Shown here: in pieces, positions 14,191-27,020 of the stretch
How the letters are laid out: every line of letters starts with the position of its first letter
How positions within the stretch are numbered: position 1 is the first letter of the stretch
NCBI GenBank assembly: GCA_012295275.1
Contig: CM022672.1
Span: 32,302,001-32,366,000 of the forward strand
Origin: Chrysomallon squamiferum
Lineage: Eukaryota; Animalia; Mollusca
Direction: 5' to 3'
Length of the DNA stretch: 64,000 nt
Program-made: the position numbers and the translations under genes
The notes under the pieces: generated by a model
Told to the model about the DNA's origin: nothing
Database searches by the model: none
What the model saw: the letters and a program-made list of their open reading frames with translations, nothing else

Positions 14191-15830
14191 CCTGAAATAT
14201 TTAAAACAAAAATAAATGTGTTTTTATTAAAACTAAAATAATATTCAGAATTGTATAAACAGTATTAATTTGTCCTGATTATAAAAGTTTACTTCTGAAT
14301 CTGGGATTATACAAAATGAAGAATAGATATAATTCAAGTGTGATATTTTGTGACTTAATAGTAGAGAGTTGAGATGAGAAGCAACAGATTGTAGTATCAA
14401 TCTTGATTTGTGCAGTCTGTTACTCATGTATTAAAAAATGTACACTGAAAACTGAACATAAAAATAGCTGACTTAATTAACAGTGAAAATGTAGGTTTTT
14501 TTCTTACACTGTCATTATCAAAAATAATAATTAATAACTGTCATCTGAAACAGACCATTTAAAATTATTTTTCACACTTCATGGTTACCAAAAGGCCTGA
14601 GGGAAAAGTTTATTAAAATTTGTGAGAGAAAAGTTTACATTTATTTACCAGTCAAGCAGACAGTTAAACTAACATGATGTGAAGAATCTGCTGTAAATAG
14701 ATTTCTGTACTCTGTGTACAACACCAGCTTGTGTCCAAAAAATCAGACAAGACATTCATATATTTAAAACAAAAATGTCAGTAATAGTATTACAAATGTA
14801 ATGTACATACACTTTACTTACCAATCACTCAGCCTGTTAAAACAGCACTGATGTAAAACATCTGATTGTCTGTAACTGTCCTGTGATTTCTTTGCTGTAA
14901 GAATCTGCTGTAAATAGATTTCTGAACTCTGTGGTGATTCTGACATAACATCCAGTTGTTTCTGAAAATAAAACATTAATTGTACATTTTTGTAGAACAA
15001 CTATTACAATTTTATGTCTTCATTTGAATTTGGAGTGATGTTTTCAACTAATATATATGTAGAGCGAAATAAAATTTAACTAAAATAAAATAAAGTCAAA
15101 CTGTATTTATTAAAATATTTCTTGTTGTTCCTGTACTTTTTATTATCTGGGAATGTGTCTGTTTAAAACAAATTTGAACAAATCAAGTCAGAACCTTTAA
15201 GTATGAATCTAATAATTTTAAAAATAAAATATACATTTTTTTTTTTTTTTTTTTTTTTTTACATTTTTAAATTGATAACAAATACAATCTAAAATCTTTA
15301 TCTTATTCTTAATTTTTAAATTTAAACTTTCTAAAATACATGTTCAATTGACTATTTCCTCTTACAGCTATGTTATCACAGTTGGTAAATCAATGACAAA
15401 GTCTGTATTTACAAATAAACAATAAAATTATATCTAATAATATTAATATTAAAACATTCTCAGATGAAATTAAGTAATTTATTATTTTGAAGTTTATAAA
15501 ATCTGGTAGTAAACTGAATTACCTGTCCATTGTACCCAGCATCTGTTTACAAACATGTTGAGTACATCTGAGTGTCTGAGTCTGTACAAATTTCTCTTAA
15601 CAGTCAGGACTGGAGAAGTGTCTGTTCTTCACTGAACTGTGCACTACACACATGGTCAAGTGGTCATCCTTGGCCTGAAGGAACCTGGCCTTTTTTCTGA
15701 ACAGAAAGAGCTTGTTTATCCTGTAAAGTCATAAATTACATTTATCATTGATAAACCTTAACAATGAAATGAGTTAACTAAAAAATTGTAACATTTATTA
15801 CTGATAACTCTAATAAATAAAATTATAGTT

Positions 15831-15864
<34 letters not shown>

Positions 15865-16478
15865 ATAAAATTTATCATTGGTAATCTCTGGAAACAAAAA
15901 CAAATTACTATTTAAATATCACCTAAAATATTAGAATAACAAATTATTTAGTCAGAATAAATTGATTTTGCTGAGATTTTTCTGTATTTTATTATTGTTC
16001 ATAATAACCAACAAAAAGGAAAATGAAAGCTTCAAGTTTTTTTCAGTTTAGTGACAAAACTTTCATTGTGTCAAACATTTTTCTTAAAAAAGATTATTTC
16101 CCATAAATATAAAAAAAAAAAAAAAAAAAAAATCTTTAGGATGGAGGAAAAATAATTTATTTTATTCATGAATAATTTTACTTCTTTCTGTTTTTAAAAA
16201 CAATAAATTCATTTCCTTGTATGTATTTTTTTTCATCTTCAATACAAAAGATGTTTTATGTAAAATTTGTTTAATAATAATTTTGGATGTTTAATGTTAT
16301 AATAGCTTAATCATATTTGTGATACCAATACAAAAAATGAATTTCAAACCTCTGGTCTGTATAAATCACTTTGCACAGACAACACAGACACAACTGTGAC
16401 AATTCCAGAACTACAGGCCAAGTGAAATGACATGACAAACATCTTGGACAATATGGACTCCAGTGGAAATTCAACCAT
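14191..16478 (-). ncRNA. Putative spliced non-coding transcript or decayed gene (exon-like blocks), duplicated at ~40800-43018
   Basis: Blocks with canonical AG/GT borders: 16478-~16350, 15720-15523 (cag|gtaatt), 14961-14822 (tg|gtaagt), and an acceptor at 14192. No continuous ORF when joined. Confidence 0.35.
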
Positions 16479-16819
16479 CTGTAAATACAAAATAAATATA
16501 TAACAAATATACATGATTAATAGTTGTAAAAGATTTTACAACAACAACAACAACAACAATAATAAGAACAATAACAACTGTATTTTACTTCAAAATATCA
16601 GCATGATAAATATATATAAAACAATGTTTTTCACACACAACAAAATTTTAAATAAATTTTTAAATATACCTGTCCACTTCATAACAGCTAGTATATTAAA
16701 AATGTGTATATACATATATAGTTTTAAATATTACTTTGCGAAATATATATATAGGCCTATATTGTATAATATACACTACAGTTATACTGTATACTCTGTA
16801 ATACACTTAAACACTAATA

Positions 16820-17280
16820 CAGGGCAGCGGGCTTGAAATGGCCAAAGATCCGTTTGGGCGACTTGACCTGTTTATCTATAAGTTATAATTCAAGAGCCAC
16901 TATTAATTACTTTATCTCAAATATTTATTTCACATAAAAGGTTTGCTCGTAGTTCGATAAATTGGACGTACTGGCTTATCTTATTTCGCCAATATTTTTT
17001 TATAAACACTAACTGTGAACGCCGGATATGCATGTGGTTAACTGTAGTCTTGATAAACAAAACCGCGAGTCTCGCTGATTCAGTATCGTTAAAACTGGTC
17101 GTGACCATTCGGATCATTCCGAACCTTCCCGAATGCCGTCTTAGCTTCTGTCGTCTGCGACAGTAGAGAGAAAACCACACCATAATCTCAAACCACGAGT
17201 AATTTCAACAAATTTTGTAATCAAGAGATAAACACATTAATAACTTGTTAAATACTAAAACCAGCAGGTTCACGAGTGAA
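16820..17280 (-). promoter_or_regulatory. CpG-rich promoter/first-exon-like island (duplicated at ~43350-43810)
   Basis: Sharp local CpG enrichment inside otherwise CpG-poor DNA, directly upstream of a minus-strand exon-like chain. Confidence 0.45.
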
Positions 17281-20200
17281 CTGTTTTTACTTTAAATAGT
17301 TATAAAGTTAAATTTTGTTATTTTAAATATAGTAAATAAATAAGCAATAATAGGGCTGTTTCAATAGTTATTAGATTGAAAAGAAAAGTGATTTGTTGTA
17401 TTTACTTTCTATTATATATGTTTTTCATAAATATTTGCTTTCTTTCTTTTCATTTCTTTTTTTTTTTTTTTTTTATTTATTTATTTATTTATTTATTTTT
17501 TATGTTTTTTTTTGTTGTTTTTTTTTTTTTTTTTTTTTTTTTTTTCAAATTTGTAATACTGTTTAACTGTTATTCCTGGATAATATATCTCAGTTCAGAA
17601 ATATATTGTTTCTGGAGTTTATTAATTTCAAAATCAATGTTAATAAAATTTTATTTTGAAAATGAATGATAGTTTTGATCTACTGGATGAAGTATTGGAT
17701 CCTTAGATAAAGTTTATTTCATGTTACGATATTATTTTTAGATAAATCTTTTGCTTTTTGTCAGTTCTCAAGTATTACTCTACAAATCAATGACTGTACA
17801 TTTTGCAGTCAACTGAAATGTGTTCTAACTGTAAAAGCTGCAGTGGACTGAATTCTGATATTTTCTTTCTTATGATTGAGATTTTTTAATGGATCTTTTA
17901 AAAATTCATTTTATCTCATTGACGATCACAAAGTTAACAATCATACAAATTAAATAATCTACTATAGTCTTATATAATCACAAAACACACTATTCTAGAT
18001 TCATAAACAGACATTTACAAAATTCATTTATGATATTTACTAACCTTTGTATTCTTTTCTTAATACTGTATCCTAATAATTAAAATATTTAGGATTACAA
18101 CTAAAGTAATACTCTAAAAAAAAAAAAAAAAAAATAAATAAATAAATAAATAAATAAATGAAAATGTACCTGAAATGAAAAAATAAACCACCATTAATAT
18201 TACAGGTTTACATAAATACCTTAAAGGTTAACTGCTTAAACTGAATAATAAAGTTTAACAAAGTAGGTAACCAAATACATTGAACTCTTCACATGAGAGA
18301 CAACACATTTCCTGAGAATTCACTTCATTTGTTATCACAGTCAGTATATGTCATCCAGTCACAGATACATATTTATTGTGTAGTTCACAGAATATGAGAG
18401 GAAAAACACAAATCACACCAAGAAATCACTGGCCCCTACATGACACTCATATAATAGCATATAAAAACATAATGTTACATATAAATAATACAGCGATATA
18501 AATTAACAGTATTTACTAAAACTGATGGTTTTGCAAGTATATAAACACTGAAGTACAATATTGGCTGATACAGAGATATAAAAAAAAACAAGTAAGAGAA
18601 AGTAAAACTATTTTCACGTGAGCATCCATGTAAAGATTTTTATTTTGTCTTGCACTGACCCAACACAGCTGATCTTCAAGCAATAACACTAAAAAAAAAA
18701 AAAAAAAAAAAATTTAAATGTTTATCTGAAATAAATTAAATTTAAATTAATTTCTGTAAAGGGTAAAACAGATTAAAAGTAAATTCACTTTAATAATATT
18801 TAATACAACATGAGAGAGCGAGAAAACAAAATTCAAGCCACATAAAATAACTGAAAATTAACATACTTTGTTAAAATAAATTTCACTATAAAATAAAGTT
18901 CAGTTCATTGTGATCTTAAGGTTCACAATGTTGTATGTCACAGTGTATGTTAGTAAATAAATCTGATTGTAATGTTATAAAACATGTTGTTACTTCTTCC
19001 TTTAAGTCTTCTTATGTCACAACTAATTATTACTGTTCCACTATCTACTGACCAAGTATGTACTAGAAACGTTGTCACTATTTGTTTATCAATTTACTTA
19101 CTGTTTATTATTACAAACATTTTCATTACTTACTCATAAAATAACTTAGAGCGTGCTACTGCTAAAAATATCGTCGCTACTAGTTTATCAACTTAGCATT
19201 TACACTAGAAACATTCTCATTACTTACTTAGCGCGTGGAACTAGAAACATTGTCCATGCAAATTCATGAACTTAGTGAATGAAACAATGCCAAAACTAGT
19301 TTATCAGTAGATTTAGTGTGAAGTACAGAAATATTGTTTCTACTACTTACATAGGGTGTGTCTACTAGAAACTAGTCTACTAGAAACCTTGTTATCATCT
19401 TGTTAGTGTGTTTCGTACAACTGACATCAAATAACTCATATTAGAATACTATTAATATTTTTCTTGTTATAATATATCACGTGACATGTTTACAGACATA
19501 GAAGCTGACCTGATGCTGCCCCAGTGCATTGTTAAAACAACTTTACTTCTAATCTTGTATCGAGCGCCGATGACGTCACGATTTCACGTTTTTCAAGTCG
19601 GTGACTCGAACCGTATCAACTGAACTGACGTACAGAGGAACCGACGTGGCTATCTGCTTATGTACGAAGTACATTTCCACGAACTTGCTTAGCAACATGT
19701 ATGTAGGGAAGGCTGGGGACATACCCATCCTAACACTAGTTATATACTTTCCGAGTTGGTCTCTTGAAATAAAAACTTTTTCATTTTTATCCTAAAACTC
19801 TTTATGAAATTGTACAAGTTTTATATTCTTATTCAGGTAATCAGATAACTAAATATCTGACACCAGTTCTAAACCTAATTGTAACGAAAATGCATAACAG
19901 TAAAGCTAACTGCAAAGCTTAATGTGACCCTAATGCTACTTTTAACCCTAATCCTAACGTCGCTATAACGTTAGTTCTAAAAGTACGAAAAACTGATATT
20001 TTATTGAAATAAACGTATTTTAAATATTAACGTAACAGTTATAATTTGATTAGGATATGGGTTAGATATGAGTATTTACTGACATGAATTGAATTTTCCT
20101 TTAAAACATGAAAAATATTATAATAGAATTGAAAAAAAAGAGTGAATATTTGTTTTTCCATCCTAAAATTGGGTATTTAGATCTCTCTCTCTCTCTCTCT

Positions 20201-20341
20201 CTCTCAATCAAATAAAGCAAAATGTGCGCCACACGTATTTATAGAGACTTCAGCTTTTCACACTAAATATAAATTAGTGAATTCACTTCGGTATTAACAC
20301 ACTAATAATCATCTTGTTCATTTAGCTACGTATAGGGGATA

Positions 20342-20639
20342 GGTTTTCAACCTGAGGCTCAGGACCTCCAGAGGGGTCGCCAACTTTTTTCTAGTGGTCG
20401 TTCTTGAGCGAGGGCATGATTTAGTTTTTTTTCAACTTGACTTGGAAGGAGGAATAAATAAAAACGTGTAGATAGGTTTGGGACCCATCAGAGTCAATAC
20501 AAATTCGTTTTGTACTGTCTTAGGTTGATGTAAATATGGTAACCCTAGATATTATTGAATCAAATATGTTAAAGGGCAACATCGGTCATATTGAATTGCT
20601 TATAAGTGGTCGCGGTATGAAAAAGGTTGAAAACCAGTG
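20342..20639. mobile_element. MER5/Charlie-like MITE (~300 bp)
   Basis: Perfect 12-bp inverted repeat GGTTTTCAACCT (20342-20353) / AGGTTGAAAACC (20624-20635), with subterminal GGGGTCGC and GTGGTCGC motifs. Confidence 0.75.
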
Positions 20640-20929
20640 GCATCAGGTTACTTTCCATTAGTCATAGAGTTATTTGTCATACCGTTTATAAGGTCAAGGT
20701 TTGGTTCACACTTAATCCTCTGCCCTTTACCTGGATAAAAAATGGTATGATCCCACATTGTTGTATATTGTATGACTATCGGCAATAAATAAATGATAGA
20801 AAGGCTTATAATTATTTATACATTTTATTGCATCCAGATAACTTGGTCAGTTATGTAAGTTTCAGTAGATAGCTTACAGCATTTAAGAACTGAAGGGGTA
20901 TTTTGACTCTCTGCTGCAATTGATGCTTG

Positions 20930-21350
20930 AGTCTAACTAGTCTGTTTTCCTTCAGTAGTCAAGAGGAAAGCGTGGCCATCAGCAGTCACTGTCGATTCTC
21001 CAGTAAGGTTCACGTCGGATCTTGTCAGGGGAAGTGCAGGGATCAGTCGATGTGTGTACAGTGGCATGCTTATGCTGGGGGAATGATGGGAATACTCGGA
21101 CTTGATCTGGGTCATGTCTGACTCTCTCTTCATTGTAAACAGCATTCAACGGTGTTGTTTCTTCTCTGGCCCGCTCTCGCATAGTGCTGAGGAACTTCAG
21201 ACGCTCTGAATCTTGTGGTGGGTGAGTGTGGTCAGTGATGTTCCTGACGTGATCACGAACGGTAGTTCATCTGCCATTGCAGGTCTTGATGACAAATTTA
21301 CAATGAGTACAAGTCTCATTTACAGGTGACTATTTAATTGCGGCGTACAC
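20930..21350 (-). mobile_element. FLYWCH/MULE (Mutator-like) transposase N-terminal fragment, decayed
   Basis: KTCNGR*TT...DHTHPP (FLYWCH-type Cys/HxH end), then MRERAREETTPLNAVYNEE...FPSF, a frameshift, and SISMPLYTHRLIPALPLTRSDVNLTGESTVTADGHAFLL. This resembles the linker preceding the MULE DDE domain. Confidence 0.75.
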
Positions 21351-21517
21351 CTCTGCGACAATAAATACTCCACTTTCTGAAGTTCTGCAATGGTGCAAGT
21401 ATGCCATAATATGACATTCCACATTTATATATATATGCAAATGTCTCAAAAGCTAGTAATTGAATAAACTCACTATAATCTGAGAACAGTACTTCACAAT
21501 TTGAATTCTGTTTAAAA

Positions 21518-21580
<63 letters not shown>

Positions 21581-21612
21581 GCTATATGAAAAAATTTGAA
21601 TTCTGTTTAAAA

Positions 21613-21658
<46 letters not shown>

Positions 21659-22169
21659 CTCATTGCTATATGAAAACATGTTTCCTTCAAAGTCCTTTTC
21701 ATTTTGAACAGCAAAATCCCGATATAATTGGAGTAAACATGAACACATGGTTGTGATTACAACAAGTAGCCAAGACTAGTTGATCATTCTCACAACTCAG
21801 AGGTGCTCAGCTTACTTCCTGCTTGACTGCTTTCCAAATTGTATGACTACTGACCACAAGACTGTTGTTAGGATACCGCGTATAGAGATTACAAGAAGCT
21901 TGACATCATTGTTTATTAAGATTTCACAAAGTGCGATCATTTACCTGCTAATTGTTGTCATTGCTTAAGAAACGATAAAATTTGAAAAAATGTTAGCGGT
22001 AGTGGACAATCCTATAAAATGTTCCTTTATTCTGGAATTTACACCCGATATCCGAAGTAGTAAGATTCGGATATTTCAAAGTTTTGTTCATAATAGATTA
22101 AAGTTAGCCTGGAAATTTCTCCCCATTTTCATAACTCTTTTATGAAGTATATTGTTTTCTTTATTTTAC

Positions 22170-22281
<112 letters not shown>

Positions 22282-23041
22282 CTTGTTGTTAAACACATAC
22301 TGTGAACGGACTACACGTTAAGTACAATCATAGGATCTGCTCTAGATAACTTTCTCACAAATCATTAATTTTACAGATTGATGTTACATACTATGCAGAG
22401 AAAAAAAATATTACCAAAAAAAAAAAATGATAATAATAATAATACTTGATAAATGTATTTTTATGTCTATATAATTTATGTGTTTAAATTGTAAAGACAA
22501 ATTAAGTACAAAAAAAAACATTTTTTTTTTTTTGGTTTTGTTTATTGACATGTTATACCTAAATAAACAAACAGTAAATTCGAAACACAATCTAATTAAC
22601 TTATATACTTTATATAAATCTTAATAAAAGAAAATGGATAAATAAATCAAATAACAGTTCTTATATTTCATGTCCAGCAATTATTAAGTACATACATAAT
22701 TTATCTACGTCTCATTTTAAATACATTTTAAAGTGAAATAAAAAAGTAAAAATGAAGCAAGAAACACTTAATAATATTACGTTTCATATAGAAACAAAAA
22801 ACATTATATATATTTAAATAAATAAATAAATAAATATGAAATAAATAAATAAACAATAAAGCAATGAGATGTTAATATACATTTTACTCGAATCTGTTTG
22901 ACACAAATCAGTCCATTAGAAAATTTCAAATCAAATCAAGTGTCTATGACGTCATCACTGTTGTCTGACGTCATCAGAAAAAATGTAAACAAATAAATAA
23001 GTGATGACTAAAAGTGACAGCGTTTGAACGATGTTGTTTTT

Positions 23042-24095
23042 TTACACTAAAAATAACAAAGCAGGTATTTGTCCTCCTATCACACTTGTACTAAGTTCTC
23101 TTTCACTGTGTGCCGATTCCTCTGACATAGAAAGTCTACAAACAAAAGAATCTACAACAATTTTTGATTTACCGTTATCTCCCCATAACGAGCTTCCTCC
23201 CTTAATATTAACAAACAAGCTGTACTCAGTGTCTTTAGTAATCTTCACTGGACGTCTGAACACGACGTCATACACGTCAGACACGACGTCTTCATATCTC
23301 TGTGTCAGCGTAGACCCGTCCAGTATCTCGTCTCTTCTTGTGTCAGTGACGAAGGCGCTGACGTCGTAGTTTTGTGGTTCAGTGTGACCGTACAACCGAA
23401 ATCCGCGAAGTAAAGCGATTTTGTTGACAGAGAAAGTAATGGATTCATCTACTTCACCAGAATATGAATAGACACCAGCATCAATTCTACCGAACCTGTT
23501 TATTGTAATCTGAGTTTTCATCATTCCAGTTCTCTTTTTTGTGTTAAAAGGTGAAACATCTTCATCACTCTTCACCCAGTGTTTCAAAATCTTATTTTCT
23601 TCTCTGTCAGTGACTATGTTAGTGGGTATCACGTGTTCTACAAAGTACGTCTGATCGAGTAATGGATAACGCACGTGCTTCACGGCCTCTCCCAGTGCCT
23701 CGCGCATGTTCTTTCCACTCTTCGCTTTTCCTTGTTTCTTGCATGCGCTGTCAGCCCACTTCACAGCGGCTTCAAAAACATTTTTCTCGTCTGCTGTCAG
23801 TTCGTCTGATCGTACGATCTCAACCAGACATTCGAGACAAAGATCGGTGACTTCAGCTGACATCAAAACTTGGTCGCCATTTTCCAAAATGCAGTTCAGA
23901 GCTTTTTCTCTGAGATCATGTTCGTTAAACAGGTGAGCTTGTTCCAGCACAACGCACGCACTCTGTGATGACAACGACGACTCCAAATAGCGCAAACATT
24001 GATATTTCAGTGTTGTGATGACGTACTTCCTCGATAGATACAGCAGACCATTGACGTTGTCGCCTGTTAGGACGACGTCATCCGTATAAAGATAT
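23042..24095 (-). CDS. BTB-BACK-PHR protein, coding exon 2 (end of BTB, BACK, PHR); spliced product 436 aa
   Basis: Acceptor ttttacacag|A at 24096 joins in frame: FLK-YLYTDDVVLTGDNVNGLLYLSRKYVITTLKYQCLRYLE. BACK motifs (EKNVFEAAVKWA, VRYPLL). PHR motifs (ITFSVNK..LRGFRLYG, VFRRPVKI, GQIPALLF*). 257+1054=1311 nt, 234-nt intron, no internal stops. Confidence 0.95.
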
Positions 24096-24329
24096 CTGTG
24101 TAAAAGAATGTATAGTAAGACTTCAAAACGAGAGAAAATTATGGGAGATTATTTAATTAGAAAACGATTAGATTACTAAAAAAATGTATTCTTATCAACG
24201 TTCACGTCTGTATGTATGTCTTATTACATCTCTGTATTCGTAGGTGTGATTACGTGTTTGTTTATGTGTGCGTGCGTGTATGTGTGTTTGTACGTATATA
24301 TATATCCGTCTGTGTGTGTGATAACATAC

Positions 24330-24586
24330 TTCAAAAACTCTGTAAAAACGTCTGCTTGAACATCAGGTAATAGGATGGCATGTTGTACGCGATGCTCTCC
24401 TGATAACATCTTCTGAAATATTTCACTTCGTATTATTAATATAAATCGATGCGCTTCAATGACCGTTTGATGTTCTCCGACCTGAAAACTGACGTCGCTC
24501 TCTATTCTGGTTAGAAAAACGTGTTCAATACATTCAGTCAAGTTCTTTCCAGTCTGCCAACTTGAGATTGCAGCTGACGTGGCCAT
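24330..24586 (-). CDS. BTB-BACK-PHR protein (BTBD1/2/3/6 family), coding exon 1 (N-terminal half of BTB/POZ domain)
   Basis: ATG at 24586, preceded by a tttgtag acceptor at 24595-24594. Translation WQ...SDVSFQVG...IEAHRFILIIRSEIFQKML...LPDVQADVFTEFLK is a typical BTB. Phase-2 donor AA|GTATGT at 24329. Confidence 0.93.
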
Positions 24587-24693
24587 GTTTTCACTACAAA
24601 CAAATAATTGTCATAATAATAATATGAAATGGGGGAGAAAAGAAAAAAGAAATTGTTAGGATCTAGAACTGTAACAATTCTTACAACTAAACA

Positions 24694-24744
<51 letters not shown>

Positions 24745-24769
24745 CATAATAACAACAACAACAACGACA

Positions 24770-25599
24770 ATAATAATAACTTCATACTAAATATAATTTT
24801 AAAATGTGTCTGTGTACACGGCGTCACAGTGCAATGATTAATTTTCTCTATTTATATTTAGCTATGACTTGTGCACAGAAATCTTGCAAAAACCAAACAT
24901 TTTTGTATACAAAAAATTAATCAATCTAAGATAATTTCTAACCATCGACTATTTTCTGTTTAACGACTCTACTGTTCAATCAAATAGATAAATATATACC
25001 AAATCGATAAATGATAAACAAAAAAGTACATTATATTTATACTAATTATTATTATGATAACAACAACGACAGCATCAATAATTTTTACATTATCATTATT
25101 TGTATAAACAGATATGTCTGGTCACAGTCAGGTAAAACATACTTAACTGCGGGATAAACGATTTTGAAATCGCAATGTACATATGGTCATTTTTTTCATT
25201 TTTACCGAGGAAAAAACAACACAATTATCCGAAAATAACAAATCTAAAAAGAAACACTATATAAGAAATAAATACATAATAATAATAATTATAAAGTAAG
25301 GAAAAACAACGAACAAGATGTGATGCTTTTGAATTAGAAAACAATATTAAATACCTTGTAATTTCAACTTCCTGATCGACAATGTCTTATAAGCGACTAT
25401 GTTTCTGTCTATCAACTCAGCTATAGTCCACAGATATCACCGATCTGAGATTAAATAAAATAAAATAAAATAATATAAAGTAAACAATATATAGCAAGAG
25501 ACTTGAATAAAATAAAAATAAGAGCTATAACAGGATAGTAGTAGTAACAGTAGTAGCAATAATAATAATAAAAATAATTGTAATAATAATAATAATAAT

Positions 25600-25682
<83 letters not shown>

Positions 25683-26118
25683 TAATAATAACGATAACAG
25701 CATATTAAAGTCAGGATATACATAACTTTTTCTATTTCAATTTAAAAAACCTCAGACTTAAATAATCTATTTCTTAGAGGACTAACTAATGTATTTAGTA
25801 ATAAATTAAGAACACTGGAATCTCTAAAACATAATGAAATATAAAATATTATACACGTTCAAAATGGCCGATTACCTGTACTTCTGCTTTGTGTTCTTTT
25901 AGTTGGGAAACCCTCCACTGATAAAGACTGACGTGAAATATTTTATACGTCATCAAATGTTACGTTTCAGTATCAGCTTAAAATAAACAAATCGTGCTGC
26001 GAGATATATGTACACTCATCTTACAGAAATCGTCTTCAAAATAAATTACCTTAATTCTAATTCAATAAATTAAATACTACTAGATGCCATTGTTTATACG
26101 TAAGTTATAAATTTAATA

Positions 26119-26163
<45 letters not shown>

Positions 26164-26900
26164 TCCAACAATAACAACATCAACAACAACAACAATAATG
26201 ATAACAAATAATTTTTACAGTGTACTAAATATAATTGTACATGTTTTATTTCTCTGACAATTCTTGCATGAACAGTGTATCAAAGTAAGCTAATACGTGG
26301 CGGTTTGCTTATTATGTAGGCTATATAAAGATAGTATCTCACTGCTAAACGAGACACACAAAGATATACTCGGGTGTTATTTACAGCGATCTGTCAAGTT
26401 CATTGTTAATAAACTTTCTGCCCATAAGTGTAGAAATAAACCGTGAAAATAAGAAATTGTTTACATTTGTCAGCAGTGTGAGAAGAAAAACAATTTCAAT
26501 AAAGACGACAAAGACAACCAACAAACAAACTCGTAAATAAAAAAGTAATAAAATTATATGAGAATTTATATTATCACATCCTCTACTGGCACCTTCGATA
26601 TACCAGATTGTAAGAAATATTTTATAGTTGGGTCTAGCACATATTTTTTCATGTTTAAAAAGCCTCACGCTATAACGCTGTTTGTTACATGTATATCTAT
26701 AGCAGCGATAATGTTCATTCTTTGTTTTCTTTTTTTCATTTTGGATGTTTTCCATTGTACATGAAAACAAATACAATAACATTTTATACATTCTCTGGAA
26801 CTCTTGATAGACCATCGAACGTTAGTTAAGAAGGAAGGAACGAATAAAGAAAGGAAGAAAGAAAGAATGAAAGGAACACACGCAGAGAAATAAATAAGAA

Positions 26901-26963
<63 letters not shown>

Positions 26964-27020
26964 GAAGAAGAAGAATACAATTAAATAAATTTGAATAAAA
27001 TAAAAACAATATAAAATACT
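24770..27020 (+). repeat. Upstream region of the BTB gene, duplicated at ~46150-48115
   Basis: Shared anchors: AAATATAATTTTAAAATG, TTCAACTTCCTGATCGACAAT, GGAAACCCTCCACTGATAAA, CTGCCCATAAGTGTAGAAATAA, AAAACAATATAAAATACT. Clearly diverged. Confidence 0.92.

Larger units (their letters stand above)
12495..18547 (+). repeat. ~6-kb segmental duplication, copy 1
   Basis: Colinear with 38605-45077 from TCAGATCCT.GTATATAATTACATATCTCAGGAAAA to TTGCAAGTATATAAACA. Near-identical ORFs appear in the track (16513/43052, 16917/43447, 17376/43907). Confidence 0.97.

Noticed and set aside
15600-15660. THAP-like HVCSAQF in an exon-like block
   Set aside because: Lacks the conserved His, is flanked by stops, and has no upstream CxxxC/P/W motif.
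22048-22074. 9-bp perfect hairpin ATATCCGAA/TTCGGATAT downstream of the BTB gene
   Set aside because: A single short stem is plausible by chance in 64 kb and has no supporting context.
23031-23936. Plus-strand ORFs overlapping the BTB exon
   Set aside because: Antisense shadows of the real minus-strand CDS.
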